From Paraspadella gotoi (taxonomy: Eukaryota > Animalia > Chaetognatha): 64,000 nucleotides of DNA. The notes under the pieces were generated by a model. That model saw only the letters and a program-made list of their open reading frames with translations, was not told where the DNA came from and did not search any database. The first letter of the stretch is position 1; each line of letters starts with the position of its first letter. Location of the stretch: contig CM119267.1 of NCBI GenBank assembly GCA_051294375.1, forward strand, positions 12,719,081 through 12,783,080, in the 5' to 3' direction. Both the position numbers and the translations under genes were made by a program. Positions 51,413 through 64,000 of this stretch are shown here, in pieces.

Positions 51413-52313
51413 AACACTGCCTGATTTTTCAAAAAGATCCTCCAGGTTAACGCTCCTGCCTCCTTCCTTCCGACGCATCTATCTCCTACACACTACCTGA
51501 TTTTTTCAAAAAGACCTCCAGCGTTAACGCCTGCCTCCTCTTCCTCGTCCAGACTCTATCTCCTAACACATCTGCCCCTGACTTATTTTCTTTCAAAAAG
51601 ACCTCCAGGCTTAACGCCCCTGCCTCCTTCCTTCCCCCTGTCAACCGCCATCATCCTACACACTGACCCTGAATTTTTATTACAAAAAGAACCTCACAGG
51701 TTAACGCCCCTGCTCCTTCCTCCGTCCGCCTATCTCCTACACACTGCCTGATTTTTTCAAAAAAAAGATCCTCCAGGTTAAACGCCCCTGCCCGGGGGTG
51801 GGTGAGGGGATCCATTCCTCCGTTCGCCTATTCTCCTCTACACAACTGCCCTGATTTTCAAAAAGACCTCCAGGTTAATCGCCACTGCACCCTGCCCTCC
51901 TTCCTGCCGTCCGCCTATCTCCTACACACTGCCTGATTATTTTCAAAAAGCACCTTCCAGGTTAACGCCCCACTGCCTTACTTTCTTCCTCGCGTCCGCC
52001 ATCTTCCTACACACTGCCTGCAGTTTTTCAAAAAGACCCCACAGCGTTAACGCCCTGCCCCTCCTCCTCCGCTCCCGCCCTTATCTCCTACACACTGCCT
52101 GATTATTTCTAAAAAGACCTCCAGGCTAACGCCTCTGCCTCCTTCCTGCTCCGCCCCTATCTCCTACACATGAACTGATTTTTCAAAAAGACCTCCAGGT
52201 TAACGCCCTGCCCTTCCTCCGTCCGCCCTAATCTCCTACACACTGCACCTGATTATTCAAAAAGACCTCCAGTGTTAACGCCCTGCCTCCTTCCTCCGCC
52301 GCCGTATCTCCTA
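51413..52313. repeat. Minisatellite, about 11 copies of a ~70-bp unit
   Basis: Consensus is approximately CACACTGCCTGATTTTTCAAAAAGACCTCCAGGTTAACGCCCTGCCTCCTTCCTCCGTCCGCCTATCTCCTA. Copies differ mainly by scattered insertions. Confidence 0.9.
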
Positions 52314-55300
52314 CTAGGCGGCATCTCTCGCTAAATCTCGACTGAAATGCCGATACAGCGAATCGATTAGCTAATCCAAGCAATTTTTTGATAAATTTAT
52401 TTAGCGCCAAAGTCTCTTGCTGACCATGAGTTGCGCCGGCTCAAAAATTCGAATTTTCTTATTATTAAAAAAAAATATATATATAAACCAAAAATACCTG
52501 ACGAACCAATATTGGCTCTTTTTCCTGTCCGCGTTGTCTATCTTTTTCTCCCTTATCTTGAACCTCTCAGCCTTAATTCTCCGATCTTGCGATGCCTGCC
52601 GCCACAACTTGTGGTCTTCCCGTCCCCGAGGGGGTAAACCCCCTCTTTCACCCCCCTTACGCTGCTCTATCCCTCACTCTTCGATGCGTTGGCTCTTCAC
52701 CCCAATCGAGCAGCTTCCCCCCTTCTTTTCGAGCGTACTCCTCCTCTTCCCCCTCCGCGGCACCCTCCTACTCAAATGCGGAGGAGCCGCGCCGTCGCCT
52801 CTACAACCCGCGATTATTTTTTTCTTATTTATGACTTTAACTTTCGCCAAGCCAATCGAATCCAAACGACTTTTTAACCACAATTCTTTTCCGCCCTCTC
52901 GTTTTTAAATTTTTCCTTTTTTTTTCCACCAGCCGCAACTTTACTCCCGCTTCCTCCGCATCCACGTCTATTCCAATTCTCATCAATTTTTAACTTCTCT
53001 TCTTTACGATTTAACCCACATTCAAACGCGCTCCTTTCTTGTGGGACCTTTCCTCAAACGCACCCCCCCCATCCATTACCCCCACTCCCCCCGTACCTCA
53101 CGTCCCCTTTTTTCTTCTTTTTTCCCCCACGCCCCCCCCTCCATCGGCCCCCGAAGTCCCGCCCATGCCGAATCGACGCGCCACCAGGCGTCAAGGACTC
53201 GAGAAAAGCCCCTTCGCAACCACAACAACAACCGCACAAGAACAAACGCATCTCAACGAAAACTAACGCGAAGAAACCGCAAAGAGAAAAACCGCCTTCG
53301 CACGTCGCGCTGCGGCGATTGACGACAGCGTCGACTAGATCAGCAGAGGCGGCGCCCGCGACGCTGCTACGCCAAAAGACGACGTCGACGAAATCGCTTC
53401 CGGCGTCATCGTCATCTGTTCGTCGCCTTCCTCTCGAACGAGCAGGTTCTCCCTTCCTTCGGCCCTCGGACAATTACGCTGGGCTCACGCTTTACGCCTT
53501 CACTGCGCCACGCCCACTAACGGTTCGACGCAGATTCGACGTTGCCTCGTCGTCGTCGTCGCTAGCCGGCGATCTCACCTGCCCGCCGCCGCGTTCCACT
53601 CCATCCCTCCCACGCCAATCGCCCCCCCCCATAAAAAAATAATAATGCTCAACGCAGAGGCTTTCGTCGCGCACCCCCGCCCCACGCTTTTTCCTTCTCG
53701 CCCCTCTCTCTCGCCTCTCTTTTCTTTTTTTATAGCTCTCTCCTGTCTCACATATCTTTCGCGATTCCATCGGATTCTCGCTTTACTTCCCACGATTGCG
53801 TCTTTTTTCTTATGACATTGGCGTCTCTTGACTAATTCACCCAAAAAATTTTCCTCGGAAACGTACGTATTCTTTTTTTTTTACTCTCTTACGCGTTTCG
53901 CCACCGCGCCGAAAACTCCCGCCTCTTACGCCTTCACCCTCCCTGTCCGCCGATTTTTTAACGAGTCGCTCTCTTATTCCATTTTCAATTCGTCGCCTTT
54001 TTCTTCTTCGTCGTATTTTTCGTCGTTTATAATCGCGTCTGTTCGTCATTCGTCTCATACATCTTCATATCTCATTTTAATTCGTTGTTTCGTTGTTACT
54101 CGCGGTTTTTTTAAGATACATCGCAGTAGAACAATCAAGCCCTCCGCGTTTCGCCGTTATTTTAAGCCGACACCTTTGGCCCCTAATTTCGCAAAGCGCT
54201 CCCTCAAGGCGCCGCGGCCGTCAACTTCTCATATTCTTCCTTTTGTTCCATCTAATCCAAATTTTATCAACATCAATTCATTATCTCTCTTCTTCCATCG
54301 TCACTTGACTTTACTGTTTATTTTTTATTTCAATTGTCACTTTGCCTCATTTTGCTGCTTCATCAAAAAGTCTCTTCGCTCACCCCATCAATCACTCGAT
54401 ACTCTATCGAAGATCCTGTTGTCACTCACCGACACTCCCGACCTCATCATGTCAGCGCTCGCCCCAGCGCCCGCGGCAGAGCCAATATCATATATGCTCG
54501 CCGGGGTTTCAACTAAAAAGCACGGGCTGCGCTATATGCTGTCTTTATGAGTTTAGCTTTTAGATTTAAAAAAAATATAATATTGTAATAAACTCATCAC
54601 AATCACATAAATTTCGTGCGTTTTTCGTTTTAAGAAAAACATAGCTTGCCTCCGCAGTTGTCACACGGTCTAATGATAACAACGAAAAATATTAAAAGAA
54701 AAAAAATCAACATTAAACTTGTATCAACGGTTATTTTTTCAGGTCTGAGCAATCAAGTTTCTCTCAAAAGCGCCCGCCCACCGCGCACAGTAGCCACTCC
54801 CTCCGGAAAAAGCCAAACTCGTTCAAAGCGTCTTTCACCGAACTCACCATTCTTATTTTATATCGTATTTTCAAAATTTATGCTAAATCTGATATATTGT
54901 GCAGCATTCATAACTGCGTATAATATACAGGTGCTATATTATATTCTTCATTTCAGCTCGGAGACAAAGACAAGAACGAAAACAAAGCTGGGCCGCAGCA
55001 AGTCGGGAACCGTCTACTTCGCGGGAAAAAGTCAGTCAAGGATTACCGCCTCCAAAGCAAACTCACCACCTTCGAGCAGCCCTGTGTGCAGTACCTTACC
55101 TCCAACCAGACAGTCAGAAGCAGGTGAGTCGCGCGACTTTCTTTCTGACATGTTGAATTCGTTGTACTTCGGCCCGAAATACGTCTTTCCCACATTCCTT
55201 TTACCAATTCAGCGTGACACTAGGCAAACGCATCGGTTTCTAGCAGACTTGCGCCCACTGAGCGAACTGGATTCCGCCCGCGAATTTTGTCTCCGAAGCT

Positions 55301-55439
55301 GAAGATGTGGTCTGCATAGGTCTCACCCCGACCCGACAAAGCGTAAACGTCCCTGCAAAACTGAAAAGTCGACGCTATGATTCGCTAAATAGTTAAAGTG
55401 AGATCTCCTCAATTCATAAAACCTAAAGACGAAAAACTC

Positions 55440-56291
55440 AACGCGTTAAAGGCCGCGTGTTTCGGCGGATGACGACGCCTTCCTACTATCCGTTCCATAT
55501 CCCAAAAAAGAAATATTTCCCAAATCCCCAAATACCTAACGCCCGCCACATCAAGGTGGCCATCAAAATCATCGACAAGACGCAAATTAGATCAATCTGA
55601 AGCGAAACTCTAAACGACTTTAAATACAGCTGCGCAAATTCGTCCATGGAAAGACTCCATCATCCCCTAATATACATTCGCCTTTTATAGCGTGAGCAGC
55701 CGAATAAAACTTACCTGGCCCTGGCAATGACCATTGCCCGATTACCATTATTAATAATAATTATTAATAATTATAATTTATTAATAATATCTATTAACCG
55801 AACAGGTCGTAAGAACGCATGCGGCCCCAAACGTTCAATCCTCATGGAATACGCGGACGGGGGAGAACTCTACACTAAAAGTCTCTCAATCTGCCGAAGA
55901 CCAACGAGAGCGCGACGGCTCAAACCGCTCTTGCCAGCTGGGTCTTCATTCTTTTCTCGATAGATAAATAGCATTTTTTTTTTATTAATTGCCCTAATTG
56001 TCTATATACTCGCTTATACCTAACCAGGTTTGCTCGCGGCCGCCCACCACATGCAACGAGCCAGCCACATCGCTGCACCGCCGCACATATAAAGCGAGAG
56101 AACGTCTTCCATCCTTACCCGCGGGCGGCAGCGGAGCGCGAACCGACGCGCAGTCTGCTCCCGCATGCAGCCTGTCAAGCGTCGGCCGACTTTGGCTTCT
56201 CTACACTTGCGGCCGCCAGAGCGAGCAAAGGCTCCCAATACCTTCTGCTGCGATCGCCGCCAACGTACGCAGCACCGGAAGCTGCTTTAAG
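55440..56291 (+). CDS. NIM1K: NIM1-like Ser/Thr protein kinase (AMPK-related/CAMK), partial, three exons, frameshifted as assembled
   Basis: KVAIKIIDKT (55553-55582), SSMERLHHP, and ILMEYADGGELYTK read directly. VVET, H(RD)IKAENVF, VK.GDFGFST and NTFCGSPPYAAPELFK are readable across small insertions. GT-AG introns at about 55692-55805 and 55942-56027. A candidate upstream exon is 54957-55123. Confidence 0.75.
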
Positions 56292-59200
56292 GTTTGCCCG
56301 TTTTGACGGTTTGATGCAATAGCGTTTGGGTTCTTGCGATAATCTTCACGCATCGAGTGTCCGTAAATCCCTTAAATTAATTATTTCTCTTTTTCGGACC
56401 GACAAACTATTTAATATTAACTTCCTCTGTCATTCCGTTTCGTCTGCGACATATCTTCCACCCGCTTTTTCAAATTTCTTAGCAGCATTTTGCGGGCGAA
56501 ATACTTTTGAAATAAAAAACAACTCACTTCTTTGGTTATGCCGGGTTGCATCTTTAATTTTAAAACAGAAGAAAGTATTACCCTTTAAGGCCATTCGGCA
56601 TTATTGAGCTACTTAAATACGAGAATGATCTACAAACTAGAAGAAATAAATTGACTTTATGTCTAATGTAGAGAAAAAATTCGAGGTTTAGAGTTATTCT
56701 CCTCACCGATCGGAGGAGAGAAATCGTTATATAAAGCCGCGAAATCGAGTAATATATCTAGTGGCCTACCGTCAAAATTCGACTCTCTTTTTTTCAGCTC
56801 TGAAATAACCGAAGGTTAACTATTCGATCAAACATGGTATCAGTCTCCTCGCTCTCGAAGTCATGGTTAGAGATTTACAGCCGTACTCTCCTGACAAAGC
56901 TTTAGACGCATGAGATTCGCTGCTACGTGACGGGTGAAAGAGTGTAGTCTTCAGAGTTTGGCTGCTCTGTACCCGTGTCTGCAGTGGCAATAGTATGACA
57001 AGTCTCAAGATATTAGTGATTCTAAGTTTAATACCAATGACCGCGAGAACCGATAAACAACTAAAGAGTTATCATTCAACTATATATGTATACTTAAATA
57101 TATTATGATAAAAAATACAACATAACCTCCTAAGTTTATCTCAAGAGGGAATTTGAAATCTATACATGCAGAATAATTATTAGAGTATGAGAATAAAATT
57201 ACAATTACTCGGAGATTGGCTTTGGTTCCGATTTTGTGCTTAAGTTATCTGACTTGTGTGGTGGACCATTCCTATACTATAAAATCCCTAATGTTTAATA
57301 AAAATAAGATCATACGACAGTTGCGTACTTCAAATAATTTTTTTGTCATTCTAAAAGTCTTTCCTATAATGTTAAAACGATTTTATCAGTATTTAGACTT
57401 TTATTTATGCATTAATGGTAACGCGAGACGCTCGGTCCATTTTACCTGCAACATATTAATCTTATGCATATAGAGTAGAGGGAAGTTGTGCGCTGCTATC
57501 TGATTCTCGCTCAATACATACAAATCTGCTATTTATGTGAGAATCAAGAACTACTTGATACTCCATATAACGAGCCATTCTCGGGTCGCGAGCACCACTC
57601 CGTACATATATGGGTTAATTAGATCTCATGTGTGTTTTATGATATTGCCGCAGGAACTTTAAATGAATATATATCAATATTTATCTTGTATATAAAATAC
57701 ATCTTATACCGAGAAAAGATACATCATAATAATATAAATTGTCGGGTATTAGTTTACCATTTTTCAATTTATAATACAACTTGAGATAGCTTTGCCGAGA
57801 ACAATATAGTGATTAAATCGTGAACAGGTGAACAAACACTAGAGCCTTCCAGTCTAACTTTGCGAATTCAATAAACTTGATTTATCCTACAAAAGAATTG
57901 TAACAGCAATAAAGATATAGTTCCACAAAAAAAGGAGTGGACTTTTAGTATATATACACTGACATCGTAGGTTTCACATATTAAAAAAAAACGTTTGACC
58001 TACACTTAAATCAGACGTATATTAAAATAATTTTTCGTATACCAAAATATTTAAGTTATTGTCCAATCGGGAACATATGTAGATCCTCGATATCGAAATA
58101 CGTACACGAATTATAATATAATTTTTATATTTAATGATTAATAGACCGGTTCTCGATATATCTCGTGCTTGGCAATAAAAGAATACAATATAAAATTCGT
58201 GGATTTAACTAATAAGCGAACCTGCGGACTTATTTCGCGAATTTTTCATAAATAGAGCATCTTTATCCCCTGACTGAAATCTGTGAACGTTTGAGCTTTG
58301 AGTTTTCTCTTTATATAAACTATATGTATTAATTATAATTACAATAGTTAATTCATTGTTTTAGTTAATAATTTCATATAATAGACTCTAATCTAATTTT
58401 GATATAATTATTTGTAGAGAAGTTGACGCTGCAATGTAGATTTTTTAAAATAGTTTCTGTTTTTATATAGAGCCGGCCAAAACATATTTAGAAATTGAAT
58501 TCGCTATATTTTTGTTAATACTGTACTGATATTTATCAGTACTGAGAACATATATTTAGAGAAATAATATAAAATTGTATCATTCTTATTATATATATAG
58601 TCAAATATGATAGTAATAATACAATAATAATTAATATTAAATATATAATATTTAAATAAGATATAATTTTATTATACAATGACAATATTTATACAAAACA
58701 ATATTATTATATATGCTAAAACAGGAATATGTATATGTGCAATTAACAATAATATACTCTTCATATCATTCAATTTATAATCTAATAGTATATAATTTAC
58801 TTTATTATAATAATGTTAATAGTCATTTTCCTAAAGTATGTACTATAGTCAAGAATCTAGGTCTAATCTTATTATAATGTAAGTTACACTCTCTCTCAAC
58901 TTAGAGTAGACATATATAATACACGTAGGAGAACATACAACCGTTGAAGTTAATTCCGGTTGTATTGTACTTATAATGGGAGATAGCACTGAATAGTATA
59001 AGGGTAACTTTTCTAATGGTATCATTAAACAACTAAGCGGGGGTAGACAAATTGCCTTCTATTACATGAAAAGGTGACACTCTGTCCGTAATCTATATAT
59101 TGTTTAGCCTTCATCGTTGTGCTTAAAAATTAAATACTGGTGGAGTCCAATATCCAATACTATATCGTGTCTAATTCGTGATATTTATAACTTAGATAAT

Positions 59201-62200
59201 ATTACATCAATCATATTAAGGTCAAAATCTGTCTCCGGATCTCTTCGAGATACAATAGAATCAAATTGATTTTAAGCAATCAATCTATTTATTATAAAGC
59301 GCGATATAATATTTGAGTAATGTATCACAGCAGAATAAACAAGTAGGAGAAATTTCGATCAATTATTATAAAATACACTAAGTGGGCACTATACATAAAC
59401 AATTAGTCAATTAACTAAAGCATTTTTTCGTGCCAAACATGCACGCCGAGCTAATTGAGTACATAGATTGGCATGATTTGTGATCCTTTTTGGTGCTCTT
59501 TCATATTTGACACAAAATGAAAAACTCGACTATGGGGACATTACCAATCTTTTCAATATAGAGCAAATATATGGTATCTACTTTATACAATCTCTTTGAG
59601 TGTATTATTATTTGGTTATAAAGAGATTTCTTCGCATCTCAAAAGTTCCTCTGTATTTCATTCTACAATATTTTCAATAATAAATAGAAAGATTTTAGAA
59701 TTCCCTTTTTGATTCCTGTTCAATCACACACCCTTCCTACCCACAATACAATTCAATTCCAGGCTCAATCAGCCATCCACTCATGTCAGCAAATTGCATT
59801 GTTTGCTTTTCAAAATTTAGCATAAAAAAGATATGATTTGTTTTGTGCTTTTTTTTGCCATGAATTATAACTTTGACTATGTTTAATCACGAACTATTAT
59901 GAGTCAGAGAAGAAGAAATTAATGACTTACAAACAATTAATATATCATAGTATCGATAAAAAGAACCAGGTTCAAGTTTAATCTTCAGCCGTAAATTTGT
60001 CACGGAGACCCCATAAATCAAACAAAAAATGCCTAAGCTCGAAACCCGTCTATATGCTCTAGTTCCCATACTTATCAACCATGAATAAATATCACAAATA
60101 AGATCCGATCGTCCAATCTATGAATTTGCTATTCAAATATATTTTAATTCATTCAAATTCCATCCACATTGTCAAATATTTATAGATTGTACTTACATTT
60201 TCTTCCCTTGAATATCCTTCAAATCAATAACAGTATACTTAAATCATTGATTATGCTAAGTATTGATGGCATCGATTTATCTGGTATACTCTATATCTTG
60301 TATTTAACTTTTTTGCTGTGCTAAGGCTGGGCGGGTTAAGCAGGATTGCTGCCCACGTTAATTATTGGAGCCATTAAAATTTGCGCCCCTAGGGATATGC
60401 CACACCAGGGCTGCTATGCATTGGGCCCACATACAAAATTGCACCCATAGTATCCGCCCACGATTCCCACGTATTTCCTAAGTGGGGGTACAATCCTAAT
60501 GGAACCTAGTGACTAAAAATTACTTTAAAAAATATAGAAAAAATATCATTTAATAATTTTTAAATAATTTAAATTCTTTCTTGCAGTAAATTTTTAAAAT
60601 AATTTTTTTATATAATTATTATTTATTAAATTATAAAATTACTAATATTATATTAGTATTTATTATTTTTTTTTAAATTTTACTTTTATTTGTTTATTTT
60701 AATCTTTTGTTATCAAGATTTAACCTATTTTATTAAAGCTACGTATAATAGTAACCTTAAAACGAATGAATTATACAATTATAATACCAATTTATATAAT
60801 ATATTATAAGTAATAAGGGAACTTAAACAAGCAAAATTAGTAATATTTTTATTTTATTGTAAAAATCTCCTTTGAATTCCTCATTTTTGCGTTAAGAAAA
60901 AAGAAAGCAAATTCAAGATCTCATTTATTGCTATTTTGTCTTATATATTAGTGATTAAATTACTATAAATATTTATATTATTAAAATATATATTCTTTAA
61001 AAACTAATAAATTCAATTATTTTATTTATATGTACAATAATTAACGTTTTAAAATTTTACGCAGCAATAAAGAGCGCTAGCGTTCATCGTTATACTGACA
61101 ATTCGATCGTAGCTAATTTGCATTAATTTTAGGCAGCCAGATTAAAAATCGGACCGGGATCTTCTCATGTGGAGAATTTCAATCGAATAAAAGGTTGTTT
61201 AAATTAAAGTAAATAGAGTGTTGCATCACTTGTTGTGAACGTTTTTTTTGAAAAATCTGAATCCATTCTTGATACACTATTACACAAGGCGGTTACAAGC
61301 CAACAACTGATGAAATGCGCCGAGTCCTCTCTGATTTTCGCTAGCTGCTTAAATCTCCGCACTCCGAGCGCGGCTTCTGATTGTCGACGAATTCTGAGAA
61401 TCCTGGATTTCGATTCGCGGCTTTAAGGTTACTCCTCCGACATAAGAAGAATACTCTTAAACCTCGAATATTTTTCATACAAATAGACACAAGATATTTA
61501 TTTCTTCATAGTTTGTCGATAACTCTTATTTAAAGTAGCTCATAATTAATTAAAGTTAAAAAAACTCCAAGATTACACGTTAATCCAGTTATTCTATTGT
61601 CGAAACCTTTACCAAGCTCTCATTTACTGTTACTTTTTGGAAACCCTTGTCACAAAGAATTTATTCATTGATTCGATTTAATTAATTCTATAATAACTAC
61701 TTAAAAAGACAATAACAAAGGCAAAAAGGTTCTACGTTTCACAATGTATTACAAATATAGAAAACAATAATAAATGGACAATATACTTGAAGGAGATATA
61801 AGGTTAAAATGTAATGATAACATTACTTTGGACGTCGATTAAAAATTAAAAAAACCTGGTTTTAGTTCTTGGCTTGAAATTCGAATGAGAGAAACATAAC
61901 CATTAACCAAGTAAGCTCATAAGGAGAAGTCAGCTGACGACAACGACGACGGTGACTGAGGCTTCACTGTATTTCGTTGAGATATTTCTTTGTGACTGAG
62001 GTTATCTTGATGATGATCGAGGCTCAAGGTGTTGTTAGAAGTGTCGGAGGTAGTTTGGTTGTCTGACGGGCGAGGTTACACGATCTATTTCGAGACGTTT
62101 GTATATCGTTTGTGGACCGTATTTCCTTTCCAGAGGGCTGCGGCCGCGGAAACGTTCGGACTTGACGGAAAGGTTGGGAGAAGATGCGAAATGCGAGACT

Positions 62201-62642
62201 CGCGGTTGTCCGCCAGGTTGCGATCTTTAGTCGGGTTCACCATTTTAGAAACCCTCGTCACAAAGAATTGAGTCGTTGATTCGATTAAATTAATTTTAAA
62301 ATAAGTACTTAAAAAGTCAATAACAAAGGCAAAAAGATTTTACATTTCAACAATGTATTACAAATATTAAAATGGCTTATTGACTTTTACATTCGCCGAC
62401 CGGGATTTTGCGGTCGGTTATTTTTTTTTTTGCTTTTTATGAGTGACGTATGGAAATCTCGCTACTCAAAATTAAAAAAAGGACACTGGTAAGTGTGGAA
62501 AAATTTATTATTACCAATTCCTAACCATCCCTAACCCTAACCACCCCTAATCACTAAGCGTTTAAAAAATATAATATAAATTATTGTTTTTCCTTTCATT
62601 TCTTTTCCTTGTTTGTTAAGTTTTATTAAGAAACAAATTTCT

Positions 62643-62824
62643 GACTTGTTTCGGCTTCAATGTAAACCTTCATCAGCGCAAAAACGAATTGATTTGTGAA
62701 ACAAATATTTTTACAAATTTTATAGTTTGAGGAAAGAATGAGTGAGAGAAAGAGTCTATAAAATATTTGTTTAACAAATCTGTTTTTGCGCTGATGAAAG
62801 CGTACATTGAAGCTGAAACATGTC
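62643..62824. mobile_element. Foldback with two outward-facing hammerhead motifs (Penelope pLTR-like)
   Basis: 62641-62684 minus reads CTGATGA-a-GGTTT..AAGCC-GAAA-CAAGTC; 62783-62829 plus reads CTGATGA-a-AGC..GCT-GAAA-CATGTC. Inverted arms are ~70 bp. Confidence 0.65.
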
Positions 62825-64000
62825 CAAAATTTATGTTTCTTTATAAAACTCGTACGTAAACAATTCATTTTCTACCTCAAACATAAAAATAGCAATTAAA
62901 ATAAATTTAAAAAATCATTTATTATAAAATTATAAAATTGATATTACTGAACAAAAAAAAATGTATATTATTTCGCAAACTGAGACCTGACGCTAGAGGG
63001 TAAACAAAATTAAATCGATTAATAAAGCACCGACCGGTGGCAGCTAAAGATGGTTACGGACGTCGAATAGTAAAATTACCCGGACATTGATTAAAAAAAG
63101 AAAAACTTGATTTTAGTTCTTGGCTTGAAATCGAATGAGAAAAACTTTTTTAAAAAAATAACCAGCAGCTTAGTACATCTTAAATTGTACTATTAAAATA
63201 TGTGGTATGATAGCGCTATACCGAAAAACCAATTCTTCTCTTGTTGTTATGAACGAAGATTCTGTTCGTCACAATGATAATTTATAATTTAATAATATTG
63301 ATATCAAAAATAATGATCTACATACATGGTAGTTCTGCCCTGCAGTGGTATCTAAATAATTTTACTAACATTGTTACCAGAACTTTAATTCCTCATGATA
63401 AAAAATAAATTATGGTAGTTGTAATGAGATAGCTCCCACTTGTTAGGCTCAATACGGAGAGAAGAAGTAAAACAAGTATTTTTTCATTTTCAGAAATTTT
63501 TTATCACGTCCTCCCAAACAATATTACTTGTTTCTTATGACCATTTTTTTATTTTATACAAAATAACATTTTCTGCCTTCATGTTTTAAGTCATAATTTA
63601 TTTATTTATTTAGGGGTGCCAATTTCTCCCTTTTTCCGCTCAATTTTTCGGTTTTTTCGATAGAATCAATTCATAATTTATAGAATATTTAAAAATTTTA
63701 TGATATCAATATTTTATGTTTTAAATCATTAAATCTATGCAATATTACTTTAATTTTAGCAATAATAATTTACAAATTATTAATTGAAACTGACTTTTTA
63801 ATTTCATATACTGTTAATTTTTTTGCATTTTTTGACTTTTGGTCCTATTATAAACTGGCTAGGACGGGAAAACTGGCCTATCGAATTTTAGTTTTTTAAT
63901 AATCCTCTAGTTAATAAGTTTATATCTAAGTCAAAAAATCAAGAGGGCTCGAAGTGAGATTTTTCATGTTTTGTATTTATACTCCGCGCTAGTGCCCATA

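Larger units (their letters stand above)
49026..59900. other. Low-accuracy (probably uncorrected long-read) assembly segment; right boundary approximate
   Basis: Starts at a 25-N gap. Kinase exons, minisatellite units and a HINE fragment (about 59715-59790) all show dense single-base insertions. Confidence 0.7.

Noticed and set aside
51413-52313. CRISPR-like periodic array
   Set aside because: Whole units are repeated with no unique spacers, the context is eukaryotic and there are no cas genes.
52400-54560. Several 70-240 aa ORFs upstream of the kinase
   Set aside because: No recognisable domains, and the sequence is in the low-accuracy segment so frames are unreliable.
61930-62245. GC-richer segment with coding-like appearance
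   Set aside because: Short frames only; a faint resemblance to PLE N-termini is too weak to call.
62520-62550. Telomere or chromosome-fusion relic
   Set aside because: Short, degenerate CCCTAA units internal to a repeat; not a telomeric array.

Overview
AT-rich, repeat-dominated eukaryotic (probably invertebrate animal) draft scaffold with five N gaps, many GA/CT microsatellites and heavily nested transposons. There is no prokaryotic gene organisation and no CRISPR. The only host gene recognised is an intron-containing NIM1K-like Ser/Thr kinase (about 55.4-56.3 kb). It lies in a segment (about 49-60 kb) that looks like uncorrected long-read sequence. The most interesting signal is three sequence-unrelated families of miniature LTR elements (TRIMs). 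Each carries a tRNA-like Pol III promoter (A and B boxes) inside its LTR, and all share a tRNA-Trp-like primer-binding site, TGGTGAGCCC. Two insertions show 4-bp target duplications, one of them confirmed by an empty site in the window. This resembles the Helenus/TRIMp3 class (recalled from memory). The second notable signal is nine minimal Penelope-type hammerhead ribozyme motifs, several in foldback pairs. The window also holds a gag-only BEL/Pao-like LTR element with a 5-bp TSD, a decayed LINE RT carrying two nested insertions, DINE-1/Helentron-like elements with interchangeable tandem arrays, and several MITEs. All calls are by eye; no searches were run.
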